A stretch of DNA of 64,000 bases from an uncultured Pelagibacteraceae bacterium. GTDB taxonomy: Bacteria > Pseudomonadota > Alphaproteobacteria > Pelagibacterales > Pelagibacteraceae. Location: contig CABYJU010000005.1 of assembly GCA_902519325.1 (NCBI GenBank), forward strand, positions 8,324 to 72,323. The letters are read 5' to 3'. Position 1 is the first letter of the stretch. Each line of letters begins with the position of its first letter. A model generated the notes under the pieces. It was not told the DNA's origin and searched no databases. It saw only the letters and a list, made by a program, of their open reading frames with translations. This document shows positions 9,818-20,646 of this stretch, one piece after another. The translations under genes were made by a program, and so were the position numbers.

Positions 9818-11259
9818 TGAATAAATTAAATTTTTTATCGCCAGACAAAAATAATCTATACGCATATTTGTATTCAGGTATTGGTTTATTTTCTCTAAGT
9901 ATATTAATTGTATTCTTGAATTCTTTTTTCAGTTTAGATTTGACTAGCTTTCTACCAGGAACAATAAGTTACTTTTTGCCTCTATTATTAGGTTTTATGG
10001 GTCTGCATTTAATTAGAATTGAATATTCAGGTATAAAATTTTTAGACGTTATTAATAAAAATATTAATACAAATAAATTTAATGCCCTTTTATCATTATT
10101 AATTATTTTTGCGGTTATAAAATCACTTCCACCGCTTTTAAGTTGGTTCATAATTGATGCAAATTTTGCTGGTGATTCAAAAGACGCTTGCTCAGGATCT
10201 GGTGCGTGTTGGGCTTACATAAAAACTTGGTTTAATAGATTTATGTATGGCATGTATCCAAATGCAGAACAGTGGAGAATAAATTTATCATTTATCGCTC
10301 TTGCTTTTCTTGGTGGAGTAGGGTTTTTTGCAACAGAAAAGTTCAAAAAATATCTAACATTATATTATGTTGTTGTTTATCCAATAATTGCATTTTTATT
10401 TATATTCTTTTTTATTTCTGGTGGCCCAATATTTTTTGATTTTTCATATGGAATTATTGCAGCGGTGATCTCTATTATAATAGGTTTCTTTATCCCATCG
10501 AAATTTAAAATGTATTATTTTTTAATAATACCGATCACAATATATATATTATTAAAGTATGTATTTTTTTACGAAGAACTAATTGAATTAGGAAAGATAC
10601 AAGCTTTCGAATGGGTTGAAACTGGAGCCTGGGGTGGATTATCACTAACTTTTATAGTTTCATTTTTCTGTTTAATATTCTGCTTTCCAGTAGGTTTATT
10701 CCTATCTTTAGGAAGAAGATCTGACCTGCCAATAATTAAATATATTTCTATAGGATTTATAGAATTTTGGAGAGGAGTGCCTTTAATAACAGTTTTATTT
10801 ATGTCTTCTGTTATGTTTCCAATGTTTCTTCCGGAGGACATGTTTATTGATAAACTTGTAAGAGTTATAATTGCAATATCATTATTTGAAGCTGCATATG
10901 TAGCAGAGGTAATTCGAGGTGGTTTACAGGCTTTACCTAGAGGACAATATGATGCTGCAAAATCTTTAGGAATGGGTTACTGGAAAATGCATATATTTGT
11001 GATTTTACCACAAGCCCTTAAATTAGTAATTCCAGGTATAGCAAATACTTTCTTGGCACTTGTAAAAGATACACCTCTAATTTTTGTTGTTGGTCTTTTA
11101 GAAATTGTAGGAATGCTTAATCTTGCGAAAACAAATCCTGAATGGTTAGGTTTTGCAATGGAAGGCTATGTATTTGCTTCAATAGTATTTTTTATTATTT
11201 GCTATGCAATGAGTAAATATAGTTATAATTTAGAGCAAAAATATAAAACTGAGAGATAA
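9817..11259 (+). CDS. aapM: Amino acid ABC transporter permease (AapM/YhdY)
   Basis: [38 protein letters not shown]. Confidence 0.92.
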   Translation: MNKLNFLSPDKNNLYAYLYSGIGLFSLSILIVFLNSFFSLDLTSFLPGTISYFLPLLLGFMGLHLIRIEYSGIKFLDVINKNINTNKFNALLSLLIIFAVIKSLPPLLSWFIIDANFAGDSKDACSGSGACWAYIKTWFNRFMYGMYPNAEQWRINLSFIALAFLGGVGFFATEKFKKYLTLYYVVVYPIIAFLFIFFFISGGPIFFDFSYGIIAAVISIIIGFFIPSKFKMYYFLIIPITIYILLKYVFFYEELIELGKIQAFEWVETGAWGGLSLTFIVSFFCLIFCFPVGLFLSLGRRSDLPIIKYISIGFIEFWRGVPLITVLFMSSVMFPMFLPEDMFIDKLVRVIIAISLFEAAYVAEVIRGGLQALPRGQYDAAKSLGMGYWKMHIFVILPQALKLVIPGIANTFLALVKDTPLIFVVGLLEIVGMLNLAKTNPEWLGFAMEGYVFASIVFFIICYAMSKYSYNLEQKYKTER

Positions 11260-11993
11260 TGTCAGATAAAATAATTCAAATAAAAGAGATGAATAAATGG
11301 TTTGGAGATTTCCAAGTCTTAAAAAACATTAATTTAGACGTAGAGAAGAATAAAAAAATTGTTGTTTGTGGTCCGTCTGGTTCAGGTAAATCTACATTAA
11401 TTAGATGTATTAATAGACTTGAAGAACACCAGGAAGGATCAATTGTCGTTGATGGAACTGAATTAACTGAAGAGACAAAAAATATAGAGCAAATAAGAGC
11501 TGAGGTTGGAATGGTATTTCAACAGTTTAATTTATTTCCTCATTTATCAATATTGGATAACTGTACATTGGCACCAATATGGGTAAAAAAAATGCCAAAA
11601 AAAGATGCAGAAGCATTAGCTTTAAAACATTTGGAAAAAGTTCAAATTGCTGATCAAGCATACAAATATCCTGGTCAACTATCTGGTGGTCAACAACAAA
11701 GATGTGCAATAGCGAGAGCGTTGTGTATGGAGCCAAAAATAATGCTTTTTGATGAGCCAACGTCAGCGTTAGATCCTGAAATGATTAAAGAAGTTTTAGA
11801 TGCAATGGTTAATTTAGCTAAGGCTGGTATGACTATGATTGTTGTGACACATGAAATGGGGTTTGCAAAAGAAGTTGCAGATGAAGTTATATTTATGGAT
11901 GAAGGTATGATTGTAGAACAGGCAGAAACAAAAGAGTTTTTTGCTAACCCAAAAAGCGATAGAACAAAGCTTTTTTTGAGCCAAATATTATAA
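11259..11993 (+). CDS. aapP: Amino acid ABC transporter ATPase (AapP/YhdZ)
   Basis: [29 protein letters not shown]. Confidence 0.95.
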   Translation: MSDKIIQIKEMNKWFGDFQVLKNINLDVEKNKKIVVCGPSGSGKSTLIRCINRLEEHQEGSIVVDGTELTEETKNIEQIRAEVGMVFQQFNLFPHLSILDNCTLAPIWVKKMPKKDAEALALKHLEKVQIADQAYKYPGQLSGGQQQRCAIARALCMEPKIMLFDEPTSALDPEMIKEVLDAMVNLAKAGMTMIVVTHEMGFAKEVADEVIFMDEGMIVEQAETKEFFANPKSDRTKLFLSQIL

Positions 11994-12138
11994 AAATTAT
12001 AACTAAATTGCTAAAAAGTCGCTTGACAGCTTTATAAAATCTTAAAAATTATTATTCTTTTTAAAATTATTTTACTTGAAATAACTTTTTGATTTCTATT
12101 AACTCAACTTATTATTTTTAATTAAAGAGGGGTCTTTG

Positions 12139-12510
12139 ATGGAAGAAAATTTCAATAAACATCTAGGTAATAAATTAAAACTTAGACGTTTGGCTTTAGG
12201 TTTAACTCAAACCAAAGTCGCAAAAGCAATAAATGTTACATTTCAACAAATACAAAAATATGAAAAAGGAACAAATGGTGTAAGTTCGATTAGATTACTA
12301 CAACTATCTAACTATCTTAAAGTACCAATAAACTATTTTTTTGAAGATTTTTCCGAATATTTGATAAATTTAGAAAAATCTAAAGAAGGTCATATGAATG
12401 TTAATTATAATTTTTTAGTTAAAGTTTATTCTGAACTTACTCAAGATCAAAAAATTAAGTTTAGTAAAAACATACAGATCAACCAGGTAAATATTTCAAA
12501 AACAGGATAA
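12139..12510 (+). CDS. XRE/HTH_3 transcriptional regulator (PraR/PhrR-like)
   Basis: TFQQIQKYEKGTN signature; SD AGAGGGG favours the ATG at 12139 over the TTG at 12136. Confidence 0.85.
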   Translation: MEENFNKHLGNKLKLRRLALGLTQTKVAKAINVTFQQIQKYEKGTNGVSSIRLLQLSNYLKVPINYFFEDFSEYLINLEKSKEGHMNVNYNFLVKVYSELTQDQKIKFSKNIQINQVNISKTG

Positions 12511-12522
12511 CTAATTTTAAAT

Positions 12523-12598
12523 TGGCTCCTCGGGCAGGACTCGAACCTGCGACCAATTGATTAACAGTCAACTGCTCTACCAACTGAGCTACCGAGGA
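12523..12598 (-). tRNA. tRNA-Asn(GTT)
   Basis: Reverse complement TCCTCGGTAGCTCAGTTGGTAGAGCAGTTGACTGTTAATCAATTGGTCGCAGGTTCGAGTCCTGCCCGAGGAGCCA. Confidence 0.97.
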
Positions 12599-12650
12599 AT
12601 ATAAAATCACAACTTACTTTTTTTTTATATTATCTCAACAAAATAAATTG

Positions 12651-12724
12651 TGGAGGCAACGCCCGGAATCGAACCGGGATACAAGGATTTGCAATCCTCT
12701 GCGTAACCATTCCGCCACGTTGCC
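12651..12724 (-). tRNA. tRNA-Cys(GCA)
   Basis: Reverse complement GGCAACGTGGCGGAATGGTTACGCAGAGGATTGCAAATCCTTGTATCCCGGTTCGATTCCGGGCGTTGCCTCCA. Confidence 0.97.
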
Positions 12725-12839
12725 ATGAATTAAATATTCAATGAGGACATATATAATTAATTTTATAATATAGTCTATAAATTTAACGGATAATTTCATT
12801 GTTGTTTATTGATATGATTAATTTATAAAATAATTATCC

Positions 12840-15467
12840 ATGAGTTCAGACAAATATATTCACGAAAATGTTGAAAATAAGATTTATTCTTATTGGGAAG
12901 AAAAAAATTTATTTAAACCAAAATCTAATAAAAAACAATTTTCTATAGTTATCCCACCACCAAATGTAACTGGTAGTCTTCATATGGGTCATGCACTAAA
13001 TAATTCTATTCAAGACCTTTTAACTCGATATCATCGAATGAATAATTTTGAAACTTTATGGCAACCTGGAACTGACCATGCAGGTATTGCCACACAAGCC
13101 TTAGTGGAAAAGAAACTTAAATCTGAAGGTATCGATAAAAATGATTTAGGAAGAGAAAAGTTTATTGAAAAAGTTTGGGAGTGGAAAGGTCAATATGGTG
13201 ACATAATAATTAATCAATTAAAAAAATTAGGCTGTTCATGTGACTGGTCTAGAAATGCCTTTACCATGGACGATAATCTATCAAAATCTGTATTAAAAGT
13301 TTTTGTTGAAATGTACAAAAATGGATTAATTTACAAATCAAAAAAATTAGTAAATTGGGACACTGTATTAAAAACAGCAATTTCAGATTTAGAAGTAGAC
13401 CAAAGAGAGGTTAATTCAAAGTTATACCACATCAATTATCCAATAGAAGGGACAGATAGATTTATAACAATTGCAACTACTAGACCAGAAACCATGTTAG
13501 GAGATACAGCGGTTGCAGTTAATCCATCAGATGAAAGATTTAAATCATTAGTAAATAAAAATGTAATAGTTCCAATAGTTGATAGAAAAATAAAAATTAT
13601 TGAAGATGATTATGCTGATCCTGAACAAGGGACTGGAGCTGTTAAAATTACGCCAGGACATGATTTTAATGATTATGAAGTAGGGGAGAGAAACAATTTA
13701 GAAATCATAAATGTTTTTACACCAGATGGTAAAATTAATGAAAATGCACCTGATAATTATATTGGGCTTGATAGATTTGAAGCTAGAAAAAGAATTTTAA
13801 AAGAACTAACTGATAAAAACTTATTTGTTAAAGAAGAGAAAATTAAAAATAAAGTTCCTTATGGCGATAGATCTAATTCTATAATTGAACCCTATTTAAC
13901 GGAGCAATGGTTTGCAGATGCTAAGAAACTTTCAATAAAAGCAAAAGAAATAGTAAATAATAAAACAACTAATTTTTTTCCTGTTAATTGGACAAAAACA
14001 TATTTTCAATGGATGGATAATATAGAACCATGGTGTATTTCAAGACAGCTTTGGTGGGGTCATCAAATACCTGCATGGTATGGACCTGATGGAGAAATAT
14101 TTGTAGATGAAACAGAAGAAGGTGCAAATAAATTAGCTAAAGAACATTATAAAAAAGATGTTGAATTAATTAGAGATCCAGATGTTCTTGATACATGGTT
14201 TTCATCTGGTTTATGGCCTTTTGCAACTCTAGGATGGCCAGAAAAAAATGAATATTTAGAAAAATTTTATCCAACTTCAGTATTAGTAACAGGATTTGAT
14301 ATCATTTTCTTTTGGGTTGCAAGAATGATTATGTTTGGAATGGAATTTCAAAACAAAGAACCTTTTAAAAATATTTATGTTCATGCATTAGTTAGAGACG
14401 AAAAAGGACAAAAAATGTCAAAGTCAAAGGGTAATGTAATTGACCCATTAGAGTTAATTGAAAAATATAGTGCTGATGCTTTAAGATTTACACTTTTGTC
14501 AATGGCATCTCCTGGACGAGATGTAAAATTATCAGAGGATAGAGTCAAAGGTTATAGAAATTTTTTAAATAAAATATGGAATGCTAATAACTTTCTTATT
14601 CAAAATGATTGTAAATTTGAAAATATAGAAACGCCTAATGATTTAAAACTAAATATTAATAAATGGATATTTGTTGAATTCACTAACACTAATGAAAAGA
14701 TAAAAAAATCAATAGATAGTTATCGATTTGATGAGGCTGCTAGAATTGCATATCAATTTGTATGGCATTCGTTCTGCGATTGGTATTTAGAGTTATCTAA
14801 AACTGTCTTCTATTCAGAAAATAATGAAAATATTGAAGAAACAAGAAATGTAGCTAGCTTCATATTTACTCAAATTCTAGTTATTTTACACCCATTCATA
14901 CCTTTTCTAACCGAGGAAATATGGTTGAAAAATAAATTGGATAAAGATGGAAAAGACTTTCTTATGTTAAAAAACTGGTCTGAAGCCATTTCTAATAAAG
15001 ATAAAGACTCTGATGAAGTAAATGAAATAATTGAATTTGTTTCATCTATAAGGTCATTTAAGAATGAGATAGAAATAAGCCCTGGATCATTTGTTAAAAT
15101 ACTAGTGAATAAAATAAATCCCGAAATTAAGAAATTTATTGAAAATAACTCTAATACATTAAAAAAAATTGGCAGAATTAATGAATTTGTAACTGAAGAT
15201 ATTAAAAAACCTTCAGCAAACTTGGTCATTAAAGGTGAAATATTTAAAATTTACTTTGATGAAGATGTAGATTTGTCAAAAATTAAAGAAACATTATTAA
15301 ATAAAAAGAATAAAATTGAGAAAGAGATGGAAAAAATTAATACAAGGCTAAATAATAAAAGTTTTATTGAAAGAGCCCCAAATGATATTGTTGAGCAAGA
15401 AAAGTCTAACTTTATTAATTTAGAAAAAGATGTTAATAAATTAAATTATACTTTAGAAAGTCTATAA
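12840..15467 (+). CDS. valS: Valine--tRNA ligase
   Basis: [29 protein letters not shown]. Confidence 0.98.
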   Translation: MSSDKYIHENVENKIYSYWEEKNLFKPKSNKKQFSIVIPPPNVTGSLHMGHALNNSIQDLLTRYHRMNNFETLWQPGTDHAGIATQALVEKKLKSEGIDKNDLGREKFIEKVWEWKGQYGDIIINQLKKLGCSCDWSRNAFTMDDNLSKSVLKVFVEMYKNGLIYKSKKLVNWDTVLKTAISDLEVDQREVNSKLYHINYPIEGTDRFITIATTRPETMLGDTAVAVNPSDERFKSLVNKNVIVPIVDRKIKIIEDDYADPEQGTGAVKITPGHDFNDYEVGERNNLEIINVFTPDGKINENAPDNYIGLDRFEARKRILKELTDKNLFVKEEKIKNKVPYGDRSNSIIEPYLTEQWFADAKKLSIKAKEIVNNKTTNFFPVNWTKTYFQWMDNIEPWCISRQLWWGHQIPAWYGPDGEIFVDETEEGANKLAKEHYKKDVELIRDPDVLDTWFSSGLWPFATLGWPEKNEYLEKFYPTSVLVTGFDIIFFWVARMIMFGMEFQNKEPFKNIYVHALVRDEKGQKMSKSKGNVIDPLELIEKYSADALRFTLLSMASPGRDVKLSEDRVKGYRNFLNKIWNANNFLIQNDCKFENIETPNDLKLNINKWIFVEFTNTNEKIKKSIDSYRFDEAARIAYQFVWHSFCDWYLELSKTVFYSENNENIEETRNVASFIFTQILVILHPFIPFLTEEIWLKNKLDKDGKDFLMLKNWSEAISNKDKDSDEVNEIIEFVSSIRSFKNEIEISPGSFVKILVNKINPEIKKFIENNSNTLKKIGRINEFVTEDIKKPSANLVIKGEIFKIYFDEDVDLSKIKETLLNKKNKIEKEMEKINTRLNNKSFIERAPNDIVEQEKSNFINLEKDVNKLNYTLESL

Positions 15468-17185
15468 TGCGGAAATTTAATAAAAAAAAACTACCAAGTA
15501 GATATACTACTGTAGGTCCTGATAGAGCGCCTCAAAGATCCTTTTATTATGCAATGGATTTAACGGAAAAAGATGTTGCAAAACCTTTTGTTGGTGTTGT
15601 TTCAACTTGGAATGAGGCTGCACCATGTAACATTAATTTAATGAAACAAGCTCAATTTGTAAAACAAGGTGTAAATTCATCAGGAGGAACACCAAGAGAA
15701 TTTTGTACAATAACTGTTACTGATGGTATCGCTATGGGTCATGAAGGTATGAAATCTTCATTGATTTCAAGAGATGTAATTGCAGATTCTACTGAATTAA
15801 CTGTTAGAGGACATTGTTATGATGCTTTAGTTGGTTTAGCAGGATGTGATAAATCTTTACCAGGTCTAATGATGTCTATGGTGAGATTAAATATTCCTAG
15901 TGTATTTATTTATGGAGGTTCAATACTTCCAGGTAGATTTGAAGGTAAGGATGTAACTGTTGTTGATGTTTTTGAAGGTGTTGGAAAATATACATCAAAA
16001 AAAATGACAGCTCATGCTCTTAGAAAATTAGAATTAAAAGCTTGCCCAAGTGCAGGTGCTTGTGGTGGTCAATTTACTGCAAATACAATGGCATGTGTTT
16101 CTGAAGCAATTGGATTAGCTCTACCATATTCAGCAGGAACACCTGCTCCATATAAAGAAAGACATAAGTACGCAATTAACAGCGGTAAAGCTGTAATGAA
16201 ACTTTTAGAAAAAAATATTAGACCAAGAGATATTGTTACAAGAAAAGCATTAGAAAATGCTGCTACAGTTGTTGCTGCAACAGGAGGATCTACTAATGCA
16301 GGTTTACACTTACCAGCAATTGCAAATGAAATTGGAATTAAATTTGATTTAATGGATGTTGCAAAAATTTTTAAAAGAACTCCTTATCTTGCTGATTTAA
16401 AACCTGGTGGAAAATATGTTGCAAAAGATATGTGGGAAGCAGGTGGAGTTCCAATGCTTTTAAAAACTCTTTACGATGGCGGATATATTCATGGTGATTG
16501 TATGACTGTTACAGGAAAAACAATGAAAGAGAATTTAAAAAATGTGAAATTTAATCCAAAACAAAAAGTAATGAGAAGTTATAAAAATCCAATTACACCA
16601 ACAGGTGGGGTTGTTGGATTAAGAGGTAATTTAGCTCCAGAAGGTGGAATTGTTAAAATTGCCGGTTTGAAAAAATTACAATTTACTGGAAGAGCAAGAT
16701 GTTTCGACTCTGAAGAAAAAGCTTACAAAGCTGTAAAAGAAAGAAAATACAAAGACGGCGATATAATTATAATTAGATATGAAGGTCCAAAAGGTGGTCC
16801 AGGAATGAGAGAAATGCTGCAGACAACAGCTGCAATTTATGGACAAGGAAAAGGGGAGAAAGTAGCCCTTATAACCGACGGTAGGTTCTCTGGGGCTACC
16901 AGAGGCTTCTGTATCGGTCATGTGGGTCCTGAGGCCTCTATAGGCGGTCCAATAGCCCTTTTAAAGAACGGAGATATAATTGATATAGATGCAAAAAAGG
17001 GGACTATTAACGTTAGATTAAGTAAAAAAGAGCTTAGTTTGAGAAAAAAGAAATGGAAACAAAGAAAAATGAACTTTGGAAACGGAACTCTTTGGAAATA
17101 TGCTCAAACAGTAGGACCAGCTTATTTAGGTGCACCCACACATCCAGGTGGTAAAAACGAGGTTAAAACTTACGCAGATATTTGA
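15467..17185 (+). CDS. ilvD: Dihydroxy-acid dehydratase
   Basis: [45 protein letters not shown]. Confidence 0.93.
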   Translation: MRKFNKKKLPSRYTTVGPDRAPQRSFYYAMDLTEKDVAKPFVGVVSTWNEAAPCNINLMKQAQFVKQGVNSSGGTPREFCTITVTDGIAMGHEGMKSSLISRDVIADSTELTVRGHCYDALVGLAGCDKSLPGLMMSMVRLNIPSVFIYGGSILPGRFEGKDVTVVDVFEGVGKYTSKKMTAHALRKLELKACPSAGACGGQFTANTMACVSEAIGLALPYSAGTPAPYKERHKYAINSGKAVMKLLEKNIRPRDIVTRKALENAATVVAATGGSTNAGLHLPAIANEIGIKFDLMDVAKIFKRTPYLADLKPGGKYVAKDMWEAGGVPMLLKTLYDGGYIHGDCMTVTGKTMKENLKNVKFNPKQKVMRSYKNPITPTGGVVGLRGNLAPEGGIVKIAGLKKLQFTGRARCFDSEEKAYKAVKERKYKDGDIIIIRYEGPKGGPGMREMLQTTAAIYGQGKGEKVALITDGRFSGATRGFCIGHVGPEASIGGPIALLKNGDIIDIDAKKGTINVRLSKKELSLRKKKWKQRKMNFGNGTLWKYAQTVGPAYLGAPTHPGGKNEVKTYADI

Positions 17186-18387
17186 TGAAAATTAGACCTG
17201 TAATACTTTGTGGTGGTGCAGGAACACGACTTTGGCCCAATTTAAAAAATACTCAAGCAAAACAATTTATTGATTTTGGTGGTTGGACTTTATTACAAAA
17301 AGCTTTTGAAAGAATAAATAATAACTCTTACGATTTTCCAATTATCAGCACAAATCTGAAGTATTTAAAAGATGTTAAGAAAACATTGAAAAAATCTAAA
17401 ATAAAAAGATATAAAATAATATTAGAACCAGCAAAAAAAAACACAGCACCAGCAATTTTAGTAAGTGCTTTAATTAAAGAAATTCCATCTGATCAGCCAA
17501 TAATGTTTTTTACTTCAGATCATTTGATTGAAAATCCAAGTATTTTAACAAGATCTTTAAAAACTAATGTTAAAAATTTAAGTGATGAAAATATATTTAT
17601 TTTTGGAATTAAACCAACTAGACCATCCAATGAGTACGGATATCTCAAAACAAAAAGTTTAAATAAGTTAAATAAAGTAACTAAATTTATAGAAAAACCA
17701 ACGGAGCAAAAAGCCAAAAGAATAATTAAATCTGGAGGCTACTGGAATTCTGGTATGTTTTACTTAAAAAAATCATCAATAATTAATAACTTCAAAAAGT
17801 ATCAGCCTAGTATTTATAAGGCATGTCTAAAATCTTTAGAAAAATCAAAGATTAGAAATAATACATATTTTTTGAGTAAAAAATTCTTTGATAATTGTAA
17901 GGAAATTTCTTTTGATTATGCAATTCTTGAAAAATCAAAAGATATAAATGCAATAAAACTTAGTATTCAATGGTCAGACCTTGGAAATTGGTTTGAAATA
18001 TCAAAAATATATAAAAAAAATAAAAATAAATATTTCAAGAAAAAAAATGTTTTTCATAGACCATGGGGCAGGTACACCAACCTATATGAAGGTAAAAACT
18101 TTCTAGTAAAGGAATTAGTAGTTAATCCTAAGTCTAAATTAAGCTTACAAAAGCATTTTCATCGATCTGAATATTGGACTATTACTGATGGAAAACCTCT
18201 AATTACATTAAACAAGAAAAATTTCTATAAAAAACCAGGTGAAAAAATATTCATACCAATAGAAGCAATTCATCGAATAGAAAATAAATTTAAGAAAAAA
18301 GTAAAAATTATTGAAATACAAACTGGACCTATTTTAAAAGAGACAGATATAGTTAGATATCAAGATATTTACGGTAGAGTGAATTAA
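17185..18387 (+). CDS. manC: Mannose-1-phosphate guanylyltransferase / mannose-6-phosphate isomerase
   Basis: ILCGGAGTRLWP, EPAKKNTAPA, FIEKP, WSDLG, C-terminal cupin RPWG...SLQKHFHRSE; ATG at 17185 preferred to TTG at 17182. Confidence 0.9.
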   Translation: MKIRPVILCGGAGTRLWPNLKNTQAKQFIDFGGWTLLQKAFERINNNSYDFPIISTNLKYLKDVKKTLKKSKIKRYKIILEPAKKNTAPAILVSALIKEIPSDQPIMFFTSDHLIENPSILTRSLKTNVKNLSDENIFIFGIKPTRPSNEYGYLKTKSLNKLNKVTKFIEKPTEQKAKRIIKSGGYWNSGMFYLKKSSIINNFKKYQPSIYKACLKSLEKSKIRNNTYFLSKKFFDNCKEISFDYAILEKSKDINAIKLSIQWSDLGNWFEISKIYKKNKNKYFKKKNVFHRPWGRYTNLYEGKNFLVKELVVNPKSKLSLQKHFHRSEYWTITDGKPLITLNKKNFYKKPGEKIFIPIEAIHRIENKFKKKVKIIEIQTGPILKETDIVRYQDIYGRVN

Positions 18388-18395
18388 TACTCTTT

Positions 18396-19235
18396 ATGGA
18401 TACATTAGTATTTTCTGTCGTTTTATTGGCAGCACTACTTCATGCCACTTGGAATGGCATGGTCAAAAAGCACTCGGATAAAGCAGTTGCTCTAGCAGGT
18501 ATAATTTTAGGTCATATACCTTTTTCAATTATCGCAATCGTTTTGTTACCAGCACCTTCATTAGAAAGTATACCTTATATCTTTGCAAGTATTGTTGTTC
18601 ACATCGGTTATCAATGGTTTTTGCTTAAATCATATGAAATTGGAGATTTGACAAAAGTCTACCCTATAGCAAGAGGCACAGGCCCTTTATTTGTAACTGT
18701 AGTTTCAATTTTATTGTTGGGAGTAGTGTTAAATAAATTTATACTTATCTCTATTTTCTTAATATGTTTTGGAATTTTTTTTCTTGGTATTTCTGATTAT
18801 ACAAACAGTAGCTTAAATGTTATTAAATTTTCGATAATTACAGGTTTGTTTATTGGATCATACTCACTTGTAGATGGATATGGAGCAAGAATAAGTAATT
18901 CTGCAATATCTTTTGTCAGTTGGTCTTTCATATTAAATGCTATGATTTTCCCATTTATTCTTAGTTTAAGAGGTCAAAAGGATATTATTAAAAAGGTTTA
19001 TAGAGACGGTAAGATGATATTTTTTTATGGTGTAACATTATCATATGCTAGTTATGCCTTGGCTGTATGGGCATTTACAAAAGCTCCAATACCTGTTGTT
19101 ACATCCTTAAGAGAAACAAGTATTTTATTATCAATATTTATTGGATATTTTTTATTAAAAGAAAGTATCAATTTAAAAAAAATTATATCAATTTTATTTA
19201 TTTTAATAGGTGTGATTGGGATTAAATTATTTTAA
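18396..19235 (+). CDS. EamA/DMT family transporter
   Basis: About 10 TM helices, LHATWN, VYPIARG, LRETS. Confidence 0.88.
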   Translation: MDTLVFSVVLLAALLHATWNGMVKKHSDKAVALAGIILGHIPFSIIAIVLLPAPSLESIPYIFASIVVHIGYQWFLLKSYEIGDLTKVYPIARGTGPLFVTVVSILLLGVVLNKFILISIFLICFGIFFLGISDYTNSSLNVIKFSIITGLFIGSYSLVDGYGARISNSAISFVSWSFILNAMIFPFILSLRGQKDIIKKVYRDGKMIFFYGVTLSYASYALAVWAFTKAPIPVVTSLRETSILLSIFIGYFLLKESINLKKIISILFILIGVIGIKLF

Positions 19236-19240
19236 TTAAA

Positions 19241-19269
19241 TTGTAACAATCTATAAATATTTTTGTCAT
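19241..19269 (+). promoter_or_regulatory. Candidate Pho box (degenerate)
   Basis: TTGTAAC (19241) and TTGTCAT (19263) lie 22 bp apart, in 11-bp phase; the middle unit is degenerate. Confidence 0.4.
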
Positions 19270-19322
19270 TAAAGTTTACTAAAAATGACTAACAGAAATC
19301 TTAAATAATAAAACATCTTCAT
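19269..19322 (-). CDS. Candidate 17-aa hydrophobic peptide MKMFYYLRFLLVIFSKL
   Basis: Manual translation; preceded by AAAGAGGAA (SD 8 nt before the second ATG). Confidence 0.3.
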   Translation of the reverse strand: MKMFYYLRFLLVIFSKL

Positions 19323-19395
19323 TTCCTCTTTGTTTAAGATTTTGTTGATTAACTACCTTCCCCTTTTGTTATAAAAGAGGGGAGGGACAATTTTT
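19291..19395 (+). ncRNA. Candidate two-hairpin small RNA with a pyrimidine-rich (anti-SD-like) loop
   Basis: Stem AACAGAAATCTTAAATAA / TTGTTTAAGATTTTGTT; loop contains CATTTCCTCT; second GC stem CCTTCCCCTTTT / AAAAGAGGGGAGGG then a T run; G-U pairs favour the + strand. Confidence 0.4.
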
Positions 19396-19400
19396 ATATA

Positions 19401-19613
19401 TTAATTATTTACAGACGCAGGACTCTCACTGGTTTTCTTTTTAGCTATTTTTTTTGCTTTTTTTTCGGCAACTTTTTTTTCAATACCTGCGATTTTTATA
19501 TTAATTTTAGCTAGTTTTTTTTCCTTTAAATTAATTTTATTTTTAAGTTTATCTATTGATTTGATAAACTTTTTTTTTCTTCTTTCATTTTTCTTTAACT
19601 TCTTACCCATCAT
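19401..19613 (-). CDS. Small lysine-rich basic protein (about 70 aa), function unknown
   Basis: Strong SD AGGAGGTG directly upstream; sigma70-like TTTACT-N17-TATAAT at 19665-19637; about 25 Lys; exact start (19613 or 19610) uncertain. Confidence 0.7.
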   Translation of the reverse strand: MMGKKLKKNERRKKKFIKSIDKLKNKINLKEKKLAKINIKIAGIEKKVAEKKAKKIAKKKTSESPASVNN

Positions 19614-19694
19614 CACCTCCTATGAAAATTTAAATTATTATATTTAATTTAAATTTATAAGTAAAATAATTTGTCTAAAATTTTGTTATTTAAA

Positions 19695-20579
19695 TTATAG
19701 TAAAAAATTTACTTTTTTTTTTGAAAATTCAATATCAATCTTATTGTGACATCCAAAATTATCTCCATCAACCTGAACGGGAATTTCAAAATTATTGCAA
19801 TTAATTTGGATACTTTTTGAATAGGTAGTTATAACAGATTTGTTTCTTGATAAATCTCCATAAATAATTATCAAAATAATATAATACATTAGTTTTAGCC
19901 TACTTAAATCTTTAAAGACATAAGTTATTAATCTATCATCAAAAATGTTTGACTTATTTATCTTATGATGACCAGCATAATATTTGGTATTAGAACTTAA
20001 TATCCAATCAGCTTGATGTTTTTGACCATCAAAGAAAACATCAAGTTTATTATTTTTCATAAATAAAAAATGCTGAAACCCTTTTAAACCAAATATTATC
20101 TTACCAAGTATTTTTTTTATACGTGTATCAATAGAGTGAACAATTTTAGCATCCCAACCAATACCAGCCATTAAAAAAAAATAATTTTTATTAATTTTTA
20201 TAAGATTAGATTGTTTATAGTTATTTGATGTTAAAATATTACAAATATCATCTACTTTTTTATTTATCGATAACTCTGCTTGAAGTAAATTGGCTGTTCC
20301 AGCTGGTATATACCCAATTGCAAATTTATCATTAAAATCAAAGTCATTTTTTATCAATTCATTGATTGCAAATGATACTGATCCATCTCCACCAGCAACT
20401 ATCAATCTATCATAATTTTTATTTTTAAATTCCAAAAATATTTCTTTCGCCTCTTTTTCAGATTTAGTTTTGAAATAATCTACAGAGTTGTTAATTTTTA
20501 ATTTTTCATAAATCTTATTTACAAATTTTATTTTTTTCCCTGTTGAAGAATTAAGGTTATAAATCAAACAATAATGCAT
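19695..20579 (-). CDS. Diacylglycerol/lipid kinase family protein (YegS/DagK-like)
   Basis: VAGGDGSV, PAGTANLL, GIGWDA, YYAG, QVDGD. Confidence 0.88.
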   Translation of the reverse strand: MHYCLIYNLNSSTGKKIKFVNKIYEKLKINNSVDYFKTKSEKEAKEIFLEFKNKNYDRLIVAGGDGSVSFAINELIKNDFDFNDKFAIGYIPAGTANLLQAELSINKKVDDICNILTSNNYKQSNLIKINKNYFFLMAGIGWDAKIVHSIDTRIKKILGKIIFGLKGFQHFLFMKNNKLDVFFDGQKHQADWILSSNTKYYAGHHKINKSNIFDDRLITYVFKDLSRLKLMYYIILIIIYGDLSRNKSVITTYSKSIQINCNNFEIPVQVDGDNFGCHNKIDIEFSKKKVNFLL

Positions 20580-20586
20580 AATTTTT

Positions 20587-20615
20587 TCGTAACTAATTTT
20601 TAATAAATCTTTAAC
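20587..20615 (+). promoter_or_regulatory. Pho box-like array upstream of plcP
   Basis: TCGTAAC-N4-TTTTAAT-N4-CTTTAAC, 11-bp period. Confidence 0.6.
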
Positions 20616-20646
20616 ATTTCAATGACATAAGAATTAAATGATTCGA

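Noticed and set aside
12511-12839. tRNA-Asn/Cys next to an XRE regulator as a possible prophage or integration site
   Set aside because: No integrase and no duplicated tRNA 3' end seen; the regulator belongs to a conserved chromosomal family.
16676-16921. 81-aa antisense ORF overlapping the GC-rich ilvD patch
   Set aside because: Exact codon-to-codon antisense frame with no SD; a typical shadow ORF that does not explain the base-paired stems.
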